The notes beneath the pieces were generated by a model. The model saw only the letters and a program-made list of their open reading frames with translations. It was not told where the DNA came from and searched no databases. Of a stretch of 64,000 bases of DNA, positions 38,966 through 53,708 are shown piece after piece (the first letter of the stretch is position 1; every line of letters starts with the position of its first letter). This DNA comes from Diadema antillarum (Eukaryota), in contig NW_027271590.1 in NCBI RefSeq assembly GCF_040938485.1, positions 496,001 to 560,000 of the forward strand, in the 5' to 3' direction. The translations under genes and the position numbers were made by a program.

Positions 38966-41900
38966 GCCATAGTAGCAACGCAGTAGGGTGCTCTGGGGAA
39001 AACTAGACACTAGGTAGAGGCTACCCTGGATGAACAGCACCATATTATTTTCATTATTATAATGTTTCAAGACGATCGGCAGTCTGACAAGTCTGGTGAG
39101 GTACGGGCCTGCTGCTGGGAACCGTGCCCTAGTGTGATATGTTCTCTTTAATAGTATACTCAACTTGTTATAAAAATGTGGCCTTGAATTATAATGTTTT
39201 CATAATTAGCAATGGCAACAGATGGCAAATATTTAATAATAACTACATGAAAACAAGGGACAAGAAGGGCAGGGAATTTCCCTTTCTACAGGAAATGCCT
39301 CGTATCTTCACCACTCTTGCTTCAAGAAATACATTTGCACATTGTATGTTGCTATAATCGAATGGCAATTGACAGTCACATGTTATGTAAGAAATGTTAA
39401 TTTGATCTGCCACTTGGATTCGTCACGGGAAATGAAAATGTCCTTCTATACACTAATGTTGTTTTGTTTATGAACACAGAATATAGGGGGGATGTTCCTT
39501 TAGCCTTACAGAAAATTATTTCCTAGAAGCAGTAACTCCTCAGTAAATGGCAAATCATGGCCACTCTGTATGAGTCAAGTGTCTTACCACAAAATGAGTT
39601 GGCAACCTGAAGTGGTCAAGGCGTCCATTTCTAATCACATTTCAACACTTTGCAGGCAAATGAGGTATAACTATAGAGCTCTCCTCATGAAATCCTTGTC
39701 CTTCATAACCATCATTTCTTTACTTATTAAGTGCTATTTTTATATAGAACTCAATAAATTTAATTCATACATAATATGTAACTTTGTTCTCTAATTATTT
39801 TTTACTCTGAAGTACCTGTAGACCTCTTTTTTTTCACCAAGAATACAATCCAGCCAAAACCTTAATGGGAAGCAAGCATGATAGTTTCCACATGGATGAC
39901 GATATTTCCGCTTGATGGCAAATAATGAATAATCTTCAGTAAACATTGCAATTCTACTCATTTTATTCTTGCAGAATGCCAAATATCTACTACAATGCAC
40001 AAGCTCAGGATTTACCTGAGTGCATCCATGCAGCAAAAGGTAAAGGGTTGACTCAGCAGAAACAGTTGCATTACACATCCGTTCATCTGCTTGTTCTTTT
40101 ACCGCGATGGTCTTAATTGGATACAAACGAGTGATCTATGGCGCTCCCACATCAGACGAGAGGAGCTTGTCACCGCCTGTGACACATTCTTTTGGTAAAC
40201 AAACACCCCCGGGGTTGGTATTATATGCCTACCCAAGAATTCCATCACATGAAGTGGAAGTATGATAGTGGTACAATTTCACAGACTACCAATGCACAGG
40301 GCCGTCGGGACAGGTTTGGGAACGGAAAGTGATGTCCACAGGTGCATTTAGTTTGGATGTCTTTGAATTCCCTGTTACAGTTCATTTTGCACCAGACACA
40401 AACACAACCCCCCCCCCCCAAAAAAAAAAAAAAAAAAAAAGATGCACAAAGTACTTATTTCAGCTCCTGACTGCTATCAAATGAGAGCTTCTGTGTGGGT
40501 TTTTGTGTGTTGCTGTTGTTGTTGCTGGACCTTCATGTGTACGAGTCTAAATGTGCTTTTGTGCCATTTCTCTGAAAGATTCATAGTCAACAACACTCAT
40601 ACTACTGAGGTACGGTAGATATAAAAAATAGTACATGATGATCTCAAATGGGCTATACAATGTGTGTGTGTGTGTGTTTCGTGTGAGTGTGTGTGTGTGT
40701 GTGTGTGCACAAGGAATGCATCATTAGCCTAAATGAATTTATAGTCTACATTGAGACATTCAACCTGGGCGTGATAGAATTGCATTCTCAATAAGAGGGA
40801 GAAAAATGTCTATTTCTTCCCTTCAGATTCACTTTACTAACATGAAACAGTATAAATACAAAAGTTAGCAAGGAAAATAAAAAAGGTTGGGCATTTAATG
40901 ATGTCTGAAGGGACTTGATTTGAACCCAAGCCTATTCACAATGGTAAAGGTGACATTTACACTGTAAGATGTTTAAAAGAAAAAAAGCAAAGTATACACA
41001 AACATACACAGAGAGAGACAGAGAAAATACACACATACATAACGTCATATTCATCTAGCCACAGACAAAACCAATTATGTTCCCATGATACTTTCTATCC
41101 TTTTTTTCGGGGGGGGGGGGGGGGGGTGGGGGTGAGACATGAAGAATAGGCCACAAGTGTGAATTCTAACAATTTTTCCAACAATGGACATTGGTGGCTC
41201 ACTAAAATACAAAATTGAAAAACTAAAACTAAAAAGGGCACAGTGGGAGCAATTAGGGTTCTCCCCCTCTCTCTCCCTCACTGCATTTGTGTCTTTTTTT
41301 TCTTCTCCTTTTTTTTACTGGTATTCTGTGTGACCTTATTATGAGTTTTCTGAAGTACAGTTCTACACACTGATATGGCAAATAGTGGCTGTGACTTTTC
41401 ATGAATTATTGCATTCTTTCTTCCGTTTCACATCAAACAGTAATTCAATTTTTCTTTGTTAGTGATAAAGTCTAGATCACACTACAGACAAATGTTTCCT
41501 TAAAAAATATTCTTTAACCTTCTTGATGAATTATTACAATATATATCTGATGATGAATTATAGCTCAGATTTGTAGTTTTTGAAGAAAAAAAAATAAATC
41601 TGGGGATATCAAATTTCAATAGTAACTCAATGATCCCATAAAATTCTGGATTACACATTTCCCTCATTCTTAAAATAAAATTCTCAACAACCCAATTTGG
41701 TATTTTCAAGGTCTTACTGGCTATTTGTGGAAGATGACTGTCACAACTGCGCTTTTTCTTTCCCAGTACTATGCTCTACAGTGCAACACAACTCTAGCCC
41801 ACTCTTCAAATAACGCTGTTTGAAAAACATTATCAAAACTTGATTGGTGCTATTAAGATAAACATTTGTTGTTCACACACACTGTTTGCAGTAAAAAGTT

Positions 41901-42157
41901 CTTATTGTTATTGTGATGGGGCGGGGGGGGGGGGGGGGGGAGTCAAAACTTCCACGTATCCTTCTATTCATAAGCACCCATCTTTACATTTAAGGCAAAA
42001 TACTGTACATACATGTATTTAAGTATCAATGATGTGTAAAAATATGTCACACAAACTTGTTCCATAAAGCATCCAGTAGTTTTTGTCCAAAGCATATGAT
42101 GTATGGAGGGTTCATTATATGACTAGTGCAATCAGTAGTAGAATACCCCAACCCCAA

Positions 42158-42592
42158 CACCCCCCCCCCCAAAAAAAAAAAAGGAAGTCTGGAATACAAT
42201 TTATCAAAAAAGCCAGTGATTAAAATTGTGTTTTCATAACATGTAATGAGCATGATATAAATAGTGTCAATCAGTGTCATTTCAATGTTTTCTGTGAAAT
42301 CATCTTTTGCTTCATCAAACCACTTTTAAATTCATTACCCTCTATTCATGTCAATACCACTGACACACTGACACCACCCCCCCCCCCCCAAAAAAAAAAG
42401 GAGTCTGGAATACAAGCTATCAAAAAAGCCAGTGATTAAAATTGTATTTTCACAACATGTAATGAGCATGATATAGGGACCTAAATAGTGTCAATCAGTG
42501 TCATTTCAATGTTTTCTGTGAAATCATCTTTTCCTTCTCCAAACCACTTTTAAATTCATTACCCTCTATTCATGTCAATACCACTGACACAC
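42158..42592. repeat. Tandem duplication of about 215 bp (42158-42368 and 42375-42592)
   Basis: Two highly similar adjacent copies, each starting with a C-run/A-run. Confidence 0.95.
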
Positions 42593-45190
42593 GATATACC
42601 AAGTGTAGCTGTATATTGTTTATTCACGCAAATCTAAAATCACATTGCTTGACCAGACAGAAATTCTATGTCTCAGGCCATCACACCTTTGCTTTGATGG
42701 CAAACATCCATGCTGAGCTTCCAGAAATTGAAGCATATAGATGTCATGCAATTTTTCAACTGCTTTACTTTTGTTGAAACTTATAAAAAGTAAATACCCC
42801 TTTCAAAGGTATTTCATGTCTGGCTATCCAGAAGCAAACACAGTTGTACTACTGGGTTATAAATTCATACACAGACACATGCACCTAGATGTACAACTGT
42901 AGTTGGAGCAAGCAGGCCAGGTAGGGCAATCTGCATTTATAAGCCACACCTTACAGTTTGACATAAGGTCAAGGGGTGTGATTTAGTAATAACATATGGG
43001 TACACACACCGGTCAATCTTCTGCAGAATGCAAATTTGTGTGCGGTATAATGTGTAGTACTCCAAGATGGTGTACAAAATCAAAACAAAGGACACTGCAT
43101 TTATTTTGGCCATCTGAACAGTTTTACATAGTATTTTTGACCAGATTTGAAGCTGATAAGTACAAACGTACATTGTAGGTACTCGCAGGAAATGATGTAG
43201 GCTGTTCTTGATTCAACATTAACTGACTACCGGGCATAAACAATGAAACATCTGATTCTTAAATAGAATCAGACAGAGGTTCTTTCATGAAAATCAAGTT
43301 TGTCTTAGAGAGTGTGTGTGACATTTTTCACTCTTCTTTTAGTTGGATTACAGATAAAAAGATCCGAACAGTTATTGCGTAGCAAACAGATTGACTTACA
43401 TGTGCTGTATATCTTGTACCCATATATGCATTCAAATGTGATAGATCTGATACTGTACCAACACAAACACTGCTGATAAGTAATCTATATACACAGTTGT
43501 ATCCTGTAAGTCAAGACGACAGAGAAAAACATGCCAATTCTTACGATATCCAGTGAGTTTAAACTTCTGATATTGCTCAGTTTAGATTAATCAAGAGCAT
43601 TCATTTTGAAGAGGCACAGTCACCTTTAATTAGCTGTGTCCTGAATTTGAGTGAATATTTGTACAAGTGTGCATCTCAGCAGATTTCATGAAATTTTCAT
43701 TTGAATCCCCCGGAGAAGTTGTACAAACTACATCTTCATTTTATACTTATTAGAAATGACAACAATTAAAATAATAACATTGATAACAATGCTGATATCA
43801 AATTAATAATAATGATGAACCATGATTTTAACTATGATAATTGAGTAAGTACCTAGATCATGATATATATTCAAGCACTACTCTCTGATTTGGATAAAGT
43901 ATATTGCCATGATTATCCAAACTCAAAACCTGAGCAGATAAAAGTTCAAATGAGACAGATATCAAAATTTGGATAGTTGTATACAGTACATGGCCATTCA
44001 CCATAAAACAAATATCAGCTGTATTTGGTACTTAAAATATCAATACATCATAAACTCTCCTACTGGCTGAAACATCCAATTCCCCTGAGCTTTTTTCCCT
44101 CAGTTTCATCATCTTTTTCTCATTGTTGTTGCTTTTTATTTGTTGGAGAGTGACCTTTGTTTGCCCTTCCATGTTAATTGAAGCTTTGGCAATATCACAT
44201 GCCAAAATTGAAACATAACCTGGCCTTCTTGGCTTCGACGTGAAGCAGTACATCTATGCCAATTTTAAAGTTGATGACTGAATCTATATCTAGATCCTTC
44301 TACAGCCAAACCAATTTACCCTCTGCCCTCTGCAAACCTGCAAACTGATCTCGATCTATAAATTTAGCAAAATGAATAACAAAAAAATGTTTAATCTTAA
44401 ATAACTGATAAAAACATTGAGTCTTTGAAATTAAAGATTCTGATGGCCAATAATTCAAATTAAAGTTTGAAATACTGGGAAGACTACCAGCACATGTATA
44501 TGGCATAGTTGGCCTTGTGTAGTGGGCCTATGAGATGACGATGCCCTCAAGGAAAGAACTGTAGGAGACATCAAATCTTTGAACTTGGCAAGCATAGAGT
44601 GCTCTATATCTAGTGTTACCTAAATATGGAAATTTACTCAAACGGTGCTTGCGCCAGATTTTGCAGTTCTGCTGAGCGGGCACGCTGCGATTGTGACTCG
44701 CAGATTGCTTTTGCACATGGGGTGGGCCAATAAGAGGAGGCTTCCGCCCAATATTTGTCCTCTGTGAATGTATTTATCATTCCTTTCAGCCAGAGTCAGT
44801 ACATTTCCTAGCTGGGTCTGGGGACAACATTAGCATGAATCTCTTCCCACTCTGATACGCTTACACTCGGAAGACGCCAGATTGCTGTGCACAAGGGGAT
44901 CTCTAGCCAACATTCTGATGCATTCTGCGATGACTGTTGATGTTATATGACTCACACTTTAGCACATGGCTTTCGTCTTTCACAAAATATACTTTGTTTG
45001 TGGATTTTTTCCTCTCTTTTTCTTACACCGTTGCCTTCTCCATCAATCAGTATAAATTTGAAAGATCGAGAGTAACATTCGAAGTGAAGGGGGGCAGGGA
45101 GTGTACATTGGGACTTGTAGACCAATTTAAAATAAAAATAATCTTAGAGGCATGAGACATCGGAGCAAGTGGTGGTCATGGCACACAGGG

Positions 45191-45247
<57 letters not shown>

Positions 45248-45848
45248 CATCCACACATACAAACTTTCACAGGAGTATATGTAAACACTCCTACTCACTC
45301 AAATATTTAGTAAAAGACTTGTATAATCTGAAGTGCACAGGGCAGGCTCTGCATACAGACCGGTATCAGCTGTCTCTTTCTTTTAAAACATAATGGCTGC
45401 TAAATGGAGTGTACCACTTGAATTTCCATCCTATTATCTGTGGTCATAGCATATTCATGTGGAGTGTTTTCCTGGGCCAGATATAACGGCAGAGGGGAAG
45501 AAAAGATGATTTACACAGGTGATTACTCGACCGCATTCCCATCCTTTGCATCACAGATGGGTAAGATTGAGAGTTCTTTGTTGCTGTTGGAGTTCTCTCT
45601 TGCTGGGTTGCTTTGTTTTGTTTTGTTTTGTGTTTTTTCATATGAGCAGTGGATTATCCATCACCTGCTCTTAAACAGTGTCCTAAGTCCTCTGAATTGA
45701 TGTAGAGGAATTTTTAAGGCATGTTCGCTATTGTTGGTAGATTTCATGCCAAGAGATTTCATTGGTTGACTCTGTGGACTTTACAATGTGTACCATCCAT
45801 TAATGGCGGGAATGAATCCCAAACAATGCATATTCATTAATTGTACAA

Positions 45849-46059
45849 CTATAAAAGTGGAAATTTTTACAAATTTTGCGTAACCAGAAACTAGCGAGAA
45901 AAATAATAGCACCCAAACATTTTTGCTTGTCATAAGGACAGCTATTTGATGTCTTGATTCCACACTATTAAAAACACACAAAATTATCTTATTCTTACCC
46001 TGCCGAGTACCAAAAAAAAAAAAAAAAAAAAAATTGTGTAAAAATGTCCACTTTCACAG
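45849..46059. mobile_element. Related TA-type MITE with an internal poly-A run
   Basis: TIR ctataaaagtggaaattttt / aaaaatgtccactttcacag|ta. Confidence 0.6.
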
Positions 46060-49000
46060 TAAATTGAAGATAATAAGTTGGTTTGCATTCACTTTATTAC
46101 AATCCTGAACAGTGGTAATTTATAGGATTATCACAAATAGTCACATGTGGCATGCATACTGATATCCCCATCATAAATCTACATGGCCAGCAGATAAGTA
46201 ATTTGCAATGTCCAATAGCACTAAGTGAATCAGTCAAGCAGTCTTTTCATACAGTTAGTACAATTGTACCAATTCACAGGAGCCAACCTACATGTAGGTA
46301 CACTACATTGGAGGATCAAAGGAACCTGAAGGATTTTTGGTTTGGGTTTCACTGTGTTTTTTATTTGAGAGTTGAACATTTATGTCATCATTCATCTTTC
46401 TTGCCAGACTTTGGATGGACATTGATTAAAAGTGTGTGACTGGCCTCTTGTACAGACATTGCAGCCTGTTATGACTATCTTCAAATCTGTCATGGTTCAA
46501 ATGCATTAATCTTTATAAAAACAGAATTTACTTGTGGTTGTTTTGGTGAAGAGATTTCTAAATCTGCATCTTACGGTTCTATACACTGTCAAAAGTTGAC
46601 TCCCGTAATGACAACATGTAGGCCTACACTAAAACTGCAACAAGAACTACAGTAAGAGATGATATTCTCACAGACTTTCAAATCAACAGTACACTATACA
46701 CCCTGAAAAGTTGTCATAATAGCTTATTATTAGCATAGAGGTCCTAGAAATTCACATGAAGATGTTTCCTAGGAAGATGCAGTGTAAGTGATGTAAAGTG
46801 TAACCAGTACTAAATACATGTATGGTATGCGGGAAATTTATTACCATAAACCATTATGATCTCTTGGCACGAACAGGTTAACCAATTGTTTGTTTGTTTT
46901 TTAATAATCATCAAGAACTCCCTTTTATGTCAGATGGTATCAATCTTTAAATGTAATTTTGCCGTAATCAACGATAAACATTGTGATCCATTTCGCTGTT
47001 AATTAAACATGCATTCCTTTTCTGTAATGATCTCTCATTTCCAATTCATGTGTGCAGTTCTTTGAGACAATTTAACTTGTTTTGAGGATGAGTCCCGAGT
47101 ATACTCGGACAGGTCTCTATGGAAAATGCGTGTTGTAGCAAAATCAGTCCGTCCTCAACAGGCTAACCTGTGGAAGGTGTGAGACAGTGTGAGGCCGATT
47201 TATTAATCTAACAATGACACAGTCTGTCACTCTCATACAGAGTGAATATTTGTGGGCGTGGGATGGGGGAGGAACTATTTACTACCCTCATTCAGGTATA
47301 AGTGGCGGAAACTGATGTTATACCACTGTTTTGTTCTCTGCTTCCCTTGGCATACCGCCTCACCCCCTCCCCCCCACTATCACTTCATATCCCACACATT
47401 GCACATGAACCTAGGGGAGAGTTTGTTGGGGGCCTCAGCGCACAAATCAGTAGCTGTGGTTTCACCGCAGTTTGTGGGCTCCGACAATGGCTTGACAACA
47501 ATCACACACTCTGCAGAACCTGCACGGGTGGTCACTGGAGCGGTGAAAAAACTGGGGAGAATTTGAGCCCCATGCCATAATATTGCCAGTGCACAGGGCT
47601 GTCGCCTTTTTGTGCTTGCCCTGTTGCAAATTCCATGGGGGCTACACATTTGTCGTGCATTGGGAGAGCCTCCCATACAACAAACATGAGTTGAGGTTCA
47701 GTGCCTTTGACTATGCGTGAGTCACATTGACCAGAGAATTACCTGCATGTCTTGTGCACAAACGAACACTTTGGAAATCCATTCAGAGGACATAATACAT
47801 GTAGTCCTACATGTACAGTGTGTAAAGCATAGTGTTTTTATACAGCAAACCTGCAAACTGCTTGAGCACTGAAACTCTCACTTCTGTCCAGACATGCACA
47901 TGTGTCAAACAACTACATAAATCTTTCCATGATGGCAGGACTGTAGCGCACAATATCACAGCACTGCATTTGTCAATAGGGACCAGATTTGGGATGACTA
48001 TCTTAAACACCACTTGTTTTGGTGTGTGTCATTATTTAAATTTTGTGGGGGGTAGGCCTATATAATAGACCTATGTCATTATCCATACATGTACATCCTA
48101 AGGATCACCTTTAAAATGAGCAAAAAGTTTGAAACTTATAACTCTTCTTTAAATAGCAAAACATTTGTGAATTGATAGGAGTGCTTTAGGTTTAAAAAAC
48201 AAATAAATGAAATACAATTAAAACAAACAAACAAACAAACAAACTACAAGTAGACAGGTAGTACAGTAGGTTGATATGATTGCACACAATACACAGTACA
48301 TCCAAGGCAAAAGGTACCACAACAAACTGAATTTCACATAGTTACTGATTCTAACATACAATACAGTGTACTCTAATATCATAGGAGACTAACAGCCTGC
48401 ATGTGTACACGAGGTTGTACCAAGTGTACTAGTACATCACAGACTTTGAACTCTGAACTAGCTGTGCAATGTTGAATTGTTCAATGATTAAACAATGCAC
48501 ATTCTTGAGCCTCACAATTGTGTGACCAACAGGAGGGGACTGACACATCAGCAACCCCTTTTCACAGCAAGCCCGGTCTTCGGCAAGAATTGCCCCCGGG
48601 CTATCTTTGTTTACCAGTACTCTTTTTATTAGGAGACACATCCAGGCTTACAAGGATTCACAGGGAAACTGCATTTTGACAAGATGCCATTTTTTCTCTT
48701 TTACTCTACCCACAATATGCAAAATATTCACAACTAGCATTAAATAATGCATAAATGTACAGCAAACACACTCACATACTTGGTATGCATGTAGCGTACA
48801 TGTAGGCCTATAGATGTGCGTATCTATACATGATACTGTATAGAGTACAACGAACAAGAAAGAGTCAGAGAAAGATAAAAGAAAGAGAAAGAAGCATATT
48901 TTACCAAGTAACGTTACTTGTAAAACATTATTACATGTAAAAACAAAACATATTTAAACTCAGTTACGCCAATTGGAATGGAAAAGAGGGCTTGAAATAC

Positions 49001-52000
49001 ATACGTATGTAGGCCTACATGAGGCCACGGTATTGTACAAAATGTACTTTGCACAGGTGTACATAAAAGGGCCTGAATTTACGTTTTGCCTGAAATCTGG
49101 CATCCCTGCAATACCATAGTGTAAAGCGTACAAGTACATTCAAGTAATTTCACCACATATTCGTCATTTCAAAGAAGACAAGTGCTTCCAATGTTCCTGG
49201 TACAAAGTAAGATTCACAGTTCTTTTTTTTTTTTAATCATGCAGAGATTCATAATATCACAGAAGAGCCAATCTTATTCTTATACAACCATATCCAACAC
49301 ATTCCTAAGGCTTTAGTCTAGGTGGAGATTGATTACCGTGCACATGTCATTACGAGATTTTACACGTGTCAACAAACATTCTTCAGGAAAGCGGGAAGGG
49401 CCGATAACCATCTTCGCATCTTGCTTATCTCACGCGGCACTGCGCTGGATACGCAGGCAAACATCCCAAACTGAAGTCCACTCAGGGCTGCCAACCTCCC
49501 TGACTGGCCAACATCATCCTACGCAGCGCAGTTGTACATCACCCTCAGCAGAAGTTTTTCCTTTTTTTTTCTGTGCAAATATTTTCAAGGTAGGGCCAAA
49601 GTTAATGAGTCATGTCCCAAGGCAACAAGTCGTTCCTCCGCGGAGTTAATATTTGATTTCCACCCTTGAAAAATAAACGCCGCAAATTAATAGCTGCATG
49701 ACAGTTGCAACTGCTCGTGGGCTATAACTCTTATGATCATAAACTGGTTTATGGGACTAATCATCGGACTGTAACTTTCGCAAAATAACCTTGTACGTAA
49801 TGTCCCATCTACCCCCTTTCCCTTTCCTGTCCAACAACTATTCCAGCAATCTCAACAGATTATGTCATAAAACAAATCAGGTTATTAGAGATTGCAACCA
49901 AAATGCAAACACAACCTGATTTCCAAACAAACAAGACACTGGAGATGAACTCTGGGCTTGACATCACGCCCAAACATTGGATCCCTAATGGTGAGACAGT
50001 TTAGTAGGTAGATATATAGGTCCTAGTGGTTACTTGGCTTAAAACATAACTGTACTTATGTACTGTACTAGTACATTAAGCTGCCATATCAAAAACATGG
50101 AATATTCCTTACAGTGTGGAAATTTACACAGATTTTGCATGACATGATATTGATGCAAAAATAAGAATGCGACAAGATATTGTACACTGCATTTTGTTCA
50201 CATGAATCTTTATCATCATTTCAGATGTGTAGACAGTCAATGAAAAACACAAAATTCACCCTAGCAGACCTGTAAAAGAAGAAAATCATGCAATAATTTC
50301 AGCTGTTAGTGTTACAGTAATTCATCAATTTTCTGGCACACTTACGAAACTCTATAATGTAAAGCAAAGTACAATGACTGATGTACAGTGTAGGATTGAA
50401 TCTATAATGCATAATCGAGTCACTGAAAGCAAAACTTGAAATGTAAAACATCTCTCTCGTCAGCATGTACACCCCCATGTATTTTCTCCAATTTACAGCG
50501 CTTGAATCATGTGCACAGTAAAAGCGATTACCACTTGCGGTGAATGGTCGTGTCAAAATTATTATACCAAACTATGTGGTTAGACAGGTTTAGCTGCAAG
50601 ATGTGAGGTAATTTTCAAATTTCCATGTGTTCCCATAAATGCTGATGCCATCATCACTTGCCACAGGATTTCAGAGGACAGACAAGCAGGTGTTACCGAC
50701 AACAGGAGCAAAAAACTTTCATGAAGTCCTAATGCATTTACTGTACATAAGCTGCCTCTGCTAAATGAACCAACATCTAATCAGATCCTCCCCTCTCTAA
50801 ATTTCATTCAAATTGTAACAGAGAGTGGACAAAGAGGGCATTACATCATGAATCTCTTCGTGCCAAAAAAAAATATCTTTTCACAAGGCAATTTTATCAT
50901 TTATTTCCTGGCAGCATTATCATACATTGGATGTTACTATCTTTCCAACCTATCTACATTTATAGCAACATGCAGTCCCACAGACTCATCATACAAAATA
51001 CCTCCTCCTACACCCTCCCCGATCTGTCCATTTTCGTAGACTGAGTTATACACCTAAAGACGCAGATGCGGAAAACGATGTGATAGATACCACATTAGCC
51101 ATTCACGTTGCCTTAAATGTTAATTTTGTCTACTTTGCGATGTACACTGTACATGTACTACGAAATTACAGGCAAATGAATAATGACATTAAACAATGTA
51201 AAATGTACATTTAAACATTTAAAAGTACAAGGCAAACGGTCAGTTTCTGTCCCAATTTGCTGGAATGGCATTTAGATTCAAAGAGAAAACTTCCATTTTA
51301 AGCTTTGAGGTTGCCATGGCAATCTATTGTAAGAGAAATCAATTATAGACCCATATTACTACTTCAATGTACAGTAACAGATGTTGGCATGAATTATATC
51401 TTCATTGACACAGTTTTTGACAATTTACTCCTACAAGAATTGTCTCTTGGTGGAGGGTGACGAGTAAGAGCAGCGGAGGTGCCACCTCCCTGGTAAAAGA
51501 GACAGACCAGGGTCCACCTCCCTGGACAGACAGACAGACAGAGGGAGAGATCAGTTGCCCAGCAGACACTTGAGACAGTGTTTAATCTGAAGCATGCTAA
51601 CAATCTCCTGGACTATCTGTGGCAAAGGACACCACAAATGCAATCAGCCAATGTTATTGTTTGGGTGTCACTCATACAATACAAACGTCAATAAACGTAG
51701 ACTGTATAGGCCTTCATCTGTACATTTGTACATTGTATACTGGTGACCTGTCATGTTACTTGAACAGTTAAGTAGCACATTAGAATAATGAAGTTTTTAA
51801 ATGAGGTGATTTCACTAAAAAATATCAAACTTGATATTGTTTCTCAAAACATGAAAATGCTTTGAAATTTTTTATTTCAATGTTTTTAAGTTCAAAGCAC
51901 TTTACTGAAGTGTTTTCTATTCATTTATGAGTATTGTGCTAAAATGCTTAAATACGACAGAGATCTCCTTCAAGCTCGGCTGCATCTGAACCTAAAAGAA

Positions 52001-52295
52001 GATGTTTCTCAACACTATCTATTTGGTTGCTGGTTTTTCTATGAAGTGGGACATAGACTGTGCAGAGTAGAGTCCAAAGAATTGGAGAATACCCAAATTT
52101 GCAAGTCAATGTTTAATGGCAACATTTTATTGGGCTTGCAGAGTAACAAGTGCAATGTAACCCAGTAGACTCTTTCAAACTCAGACAGTTTACAAACACA
52201 CAACATAAACACAGCCTGTGTGGGTCACTGCAATCTCATGTGAAATGGTCATTCTCCCCGCTGTGCTATCATATGATATCAACGTGACAACTAAA

Positions 52296-52321
52296 CCCCC
52301 CCCCCCCCCCCCCCCCCCCCC
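52296..52321. repeat. C26 homopolymer
   Basis: Directly visible. Confidence 0.95.
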
Positions 52322-53516
52322 AAGGTCTGGCATCTAGAGGCAGGGCAGACAACGGAAGGGACCCTTCAACAGGAAGAACCACTGGGAGAACCGCCCTTCA
52401 GACTTAAATCATCATCACAAACACACAGGTTTTCTTCAACTGACCAGTCAAACACAAGCTGTGGCTGAACTTCTATGTACTGTATTGTTTTGTATGCTTT
52501 CTCTTGTGAACACATAGTATTCAGCACATGTCTATTATTGTTTGTTTGTTTGTTTACTTTTTTGTATTTGGGTTTGACTGCTTTCATCATGCTTGGCAAT
52601 ATCTTGTCATTTTACTAAGTGTTTAAGTGATTCAACTAAGACTTTGATATGCTGTATAAGACATGCGCACTGATGAAAAAACATGTAATAAGTTCTCCAG
52701 AAACCTTTAAATGCATGGAAATATAAAGGATTTGGTCAGCCGTGCAGCAATGTGCATGATATGAAATGTTATCTATATCAAGACTAAACTCTGTGCTCTT
52801 ATTTTTTACATTAAGCAGCACACAATATAGTCTTTACCAAGAAAATGGTTCAGAACAGGTATTTGAAAACATGTAAACTTTAAAGAAAAATACCTCGGTG
52901 GATACTGCCAGCAACAAAACTGAATTAAACTAATAATCAAATGATCATATTTGTAATCAAATGTACACGTGTTCGTGTACAATATCGAAACTTTAGTCCT
53001 ACATGTACCACATCAGCCACCTCTATGCACATTATATTTTTATATTCCAATATACCCAGCATTACAGAGTCCCTCAAACACCAGGTTCTGCACAAGAAAG
53101 AGCTCCATGCATTGTATTTCTAGGGTTCCCCTCAATTCAATTGTTCTGTCAGCACAGATACTGTATGAACAATGTGAATGGTATGCCAGAAATGTGTACA
53201 TGTAGGTTTTTGCTCAGTGCTCTCAATCCCATCAGGGAGGTGAGACAATTAGACATTTGTATAATAAAGAGGCACACATGTATGTAATCAGAATCATATC
53301 CATCCCACCTTCTGTGAGTGGAAGTACAATTGTATTACACGCCAAAGGAACATACTGTAAAGAATGCACATTACCAGTACAGTACATCACTTCATGATAC
53401 ACAAATGATTCTATAAGAAGTTAAGACTTCAACATACAGTGTAAGAGACTTATTTTCAAGCAATATCATGCAATGTACAACATGGAAATTACTGAAGATA
53501 TTTCATGACACTCTTA

Positions 53517-53708
53517 CGCCCACATTCATAAAGGTGGTACAATCTCTGTCCATGGTTTAAACCATGGACAAAGACCGTAAGCGTAGTTTTGTATGGTATG
53601 GGACTGATTTCATAACGAAATAGGCCATGTGACACTTGGCACCCCATACAAAACTACCGTCTTTGTCCATGGTTTACAAAGATTGTACCACCTTCGTGAA
53701 TTCGGGCC
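53517..53708. mobile_element. Harbinger-like MITE (192 bp)
   Basis: TIR of about 28 bp (gcccacattcataaaggtggtacaatct / agattgtaccaccttcgtgaattcgggcc). TTA duplication at 53514-53516 and 53709-53711. Confidence 0.85.

Noticed and set aside
47252-47680. Cluster of overlapping 90-105 aa ORFs
   Set aside because: Local GC elevation only; no motif or splice support.
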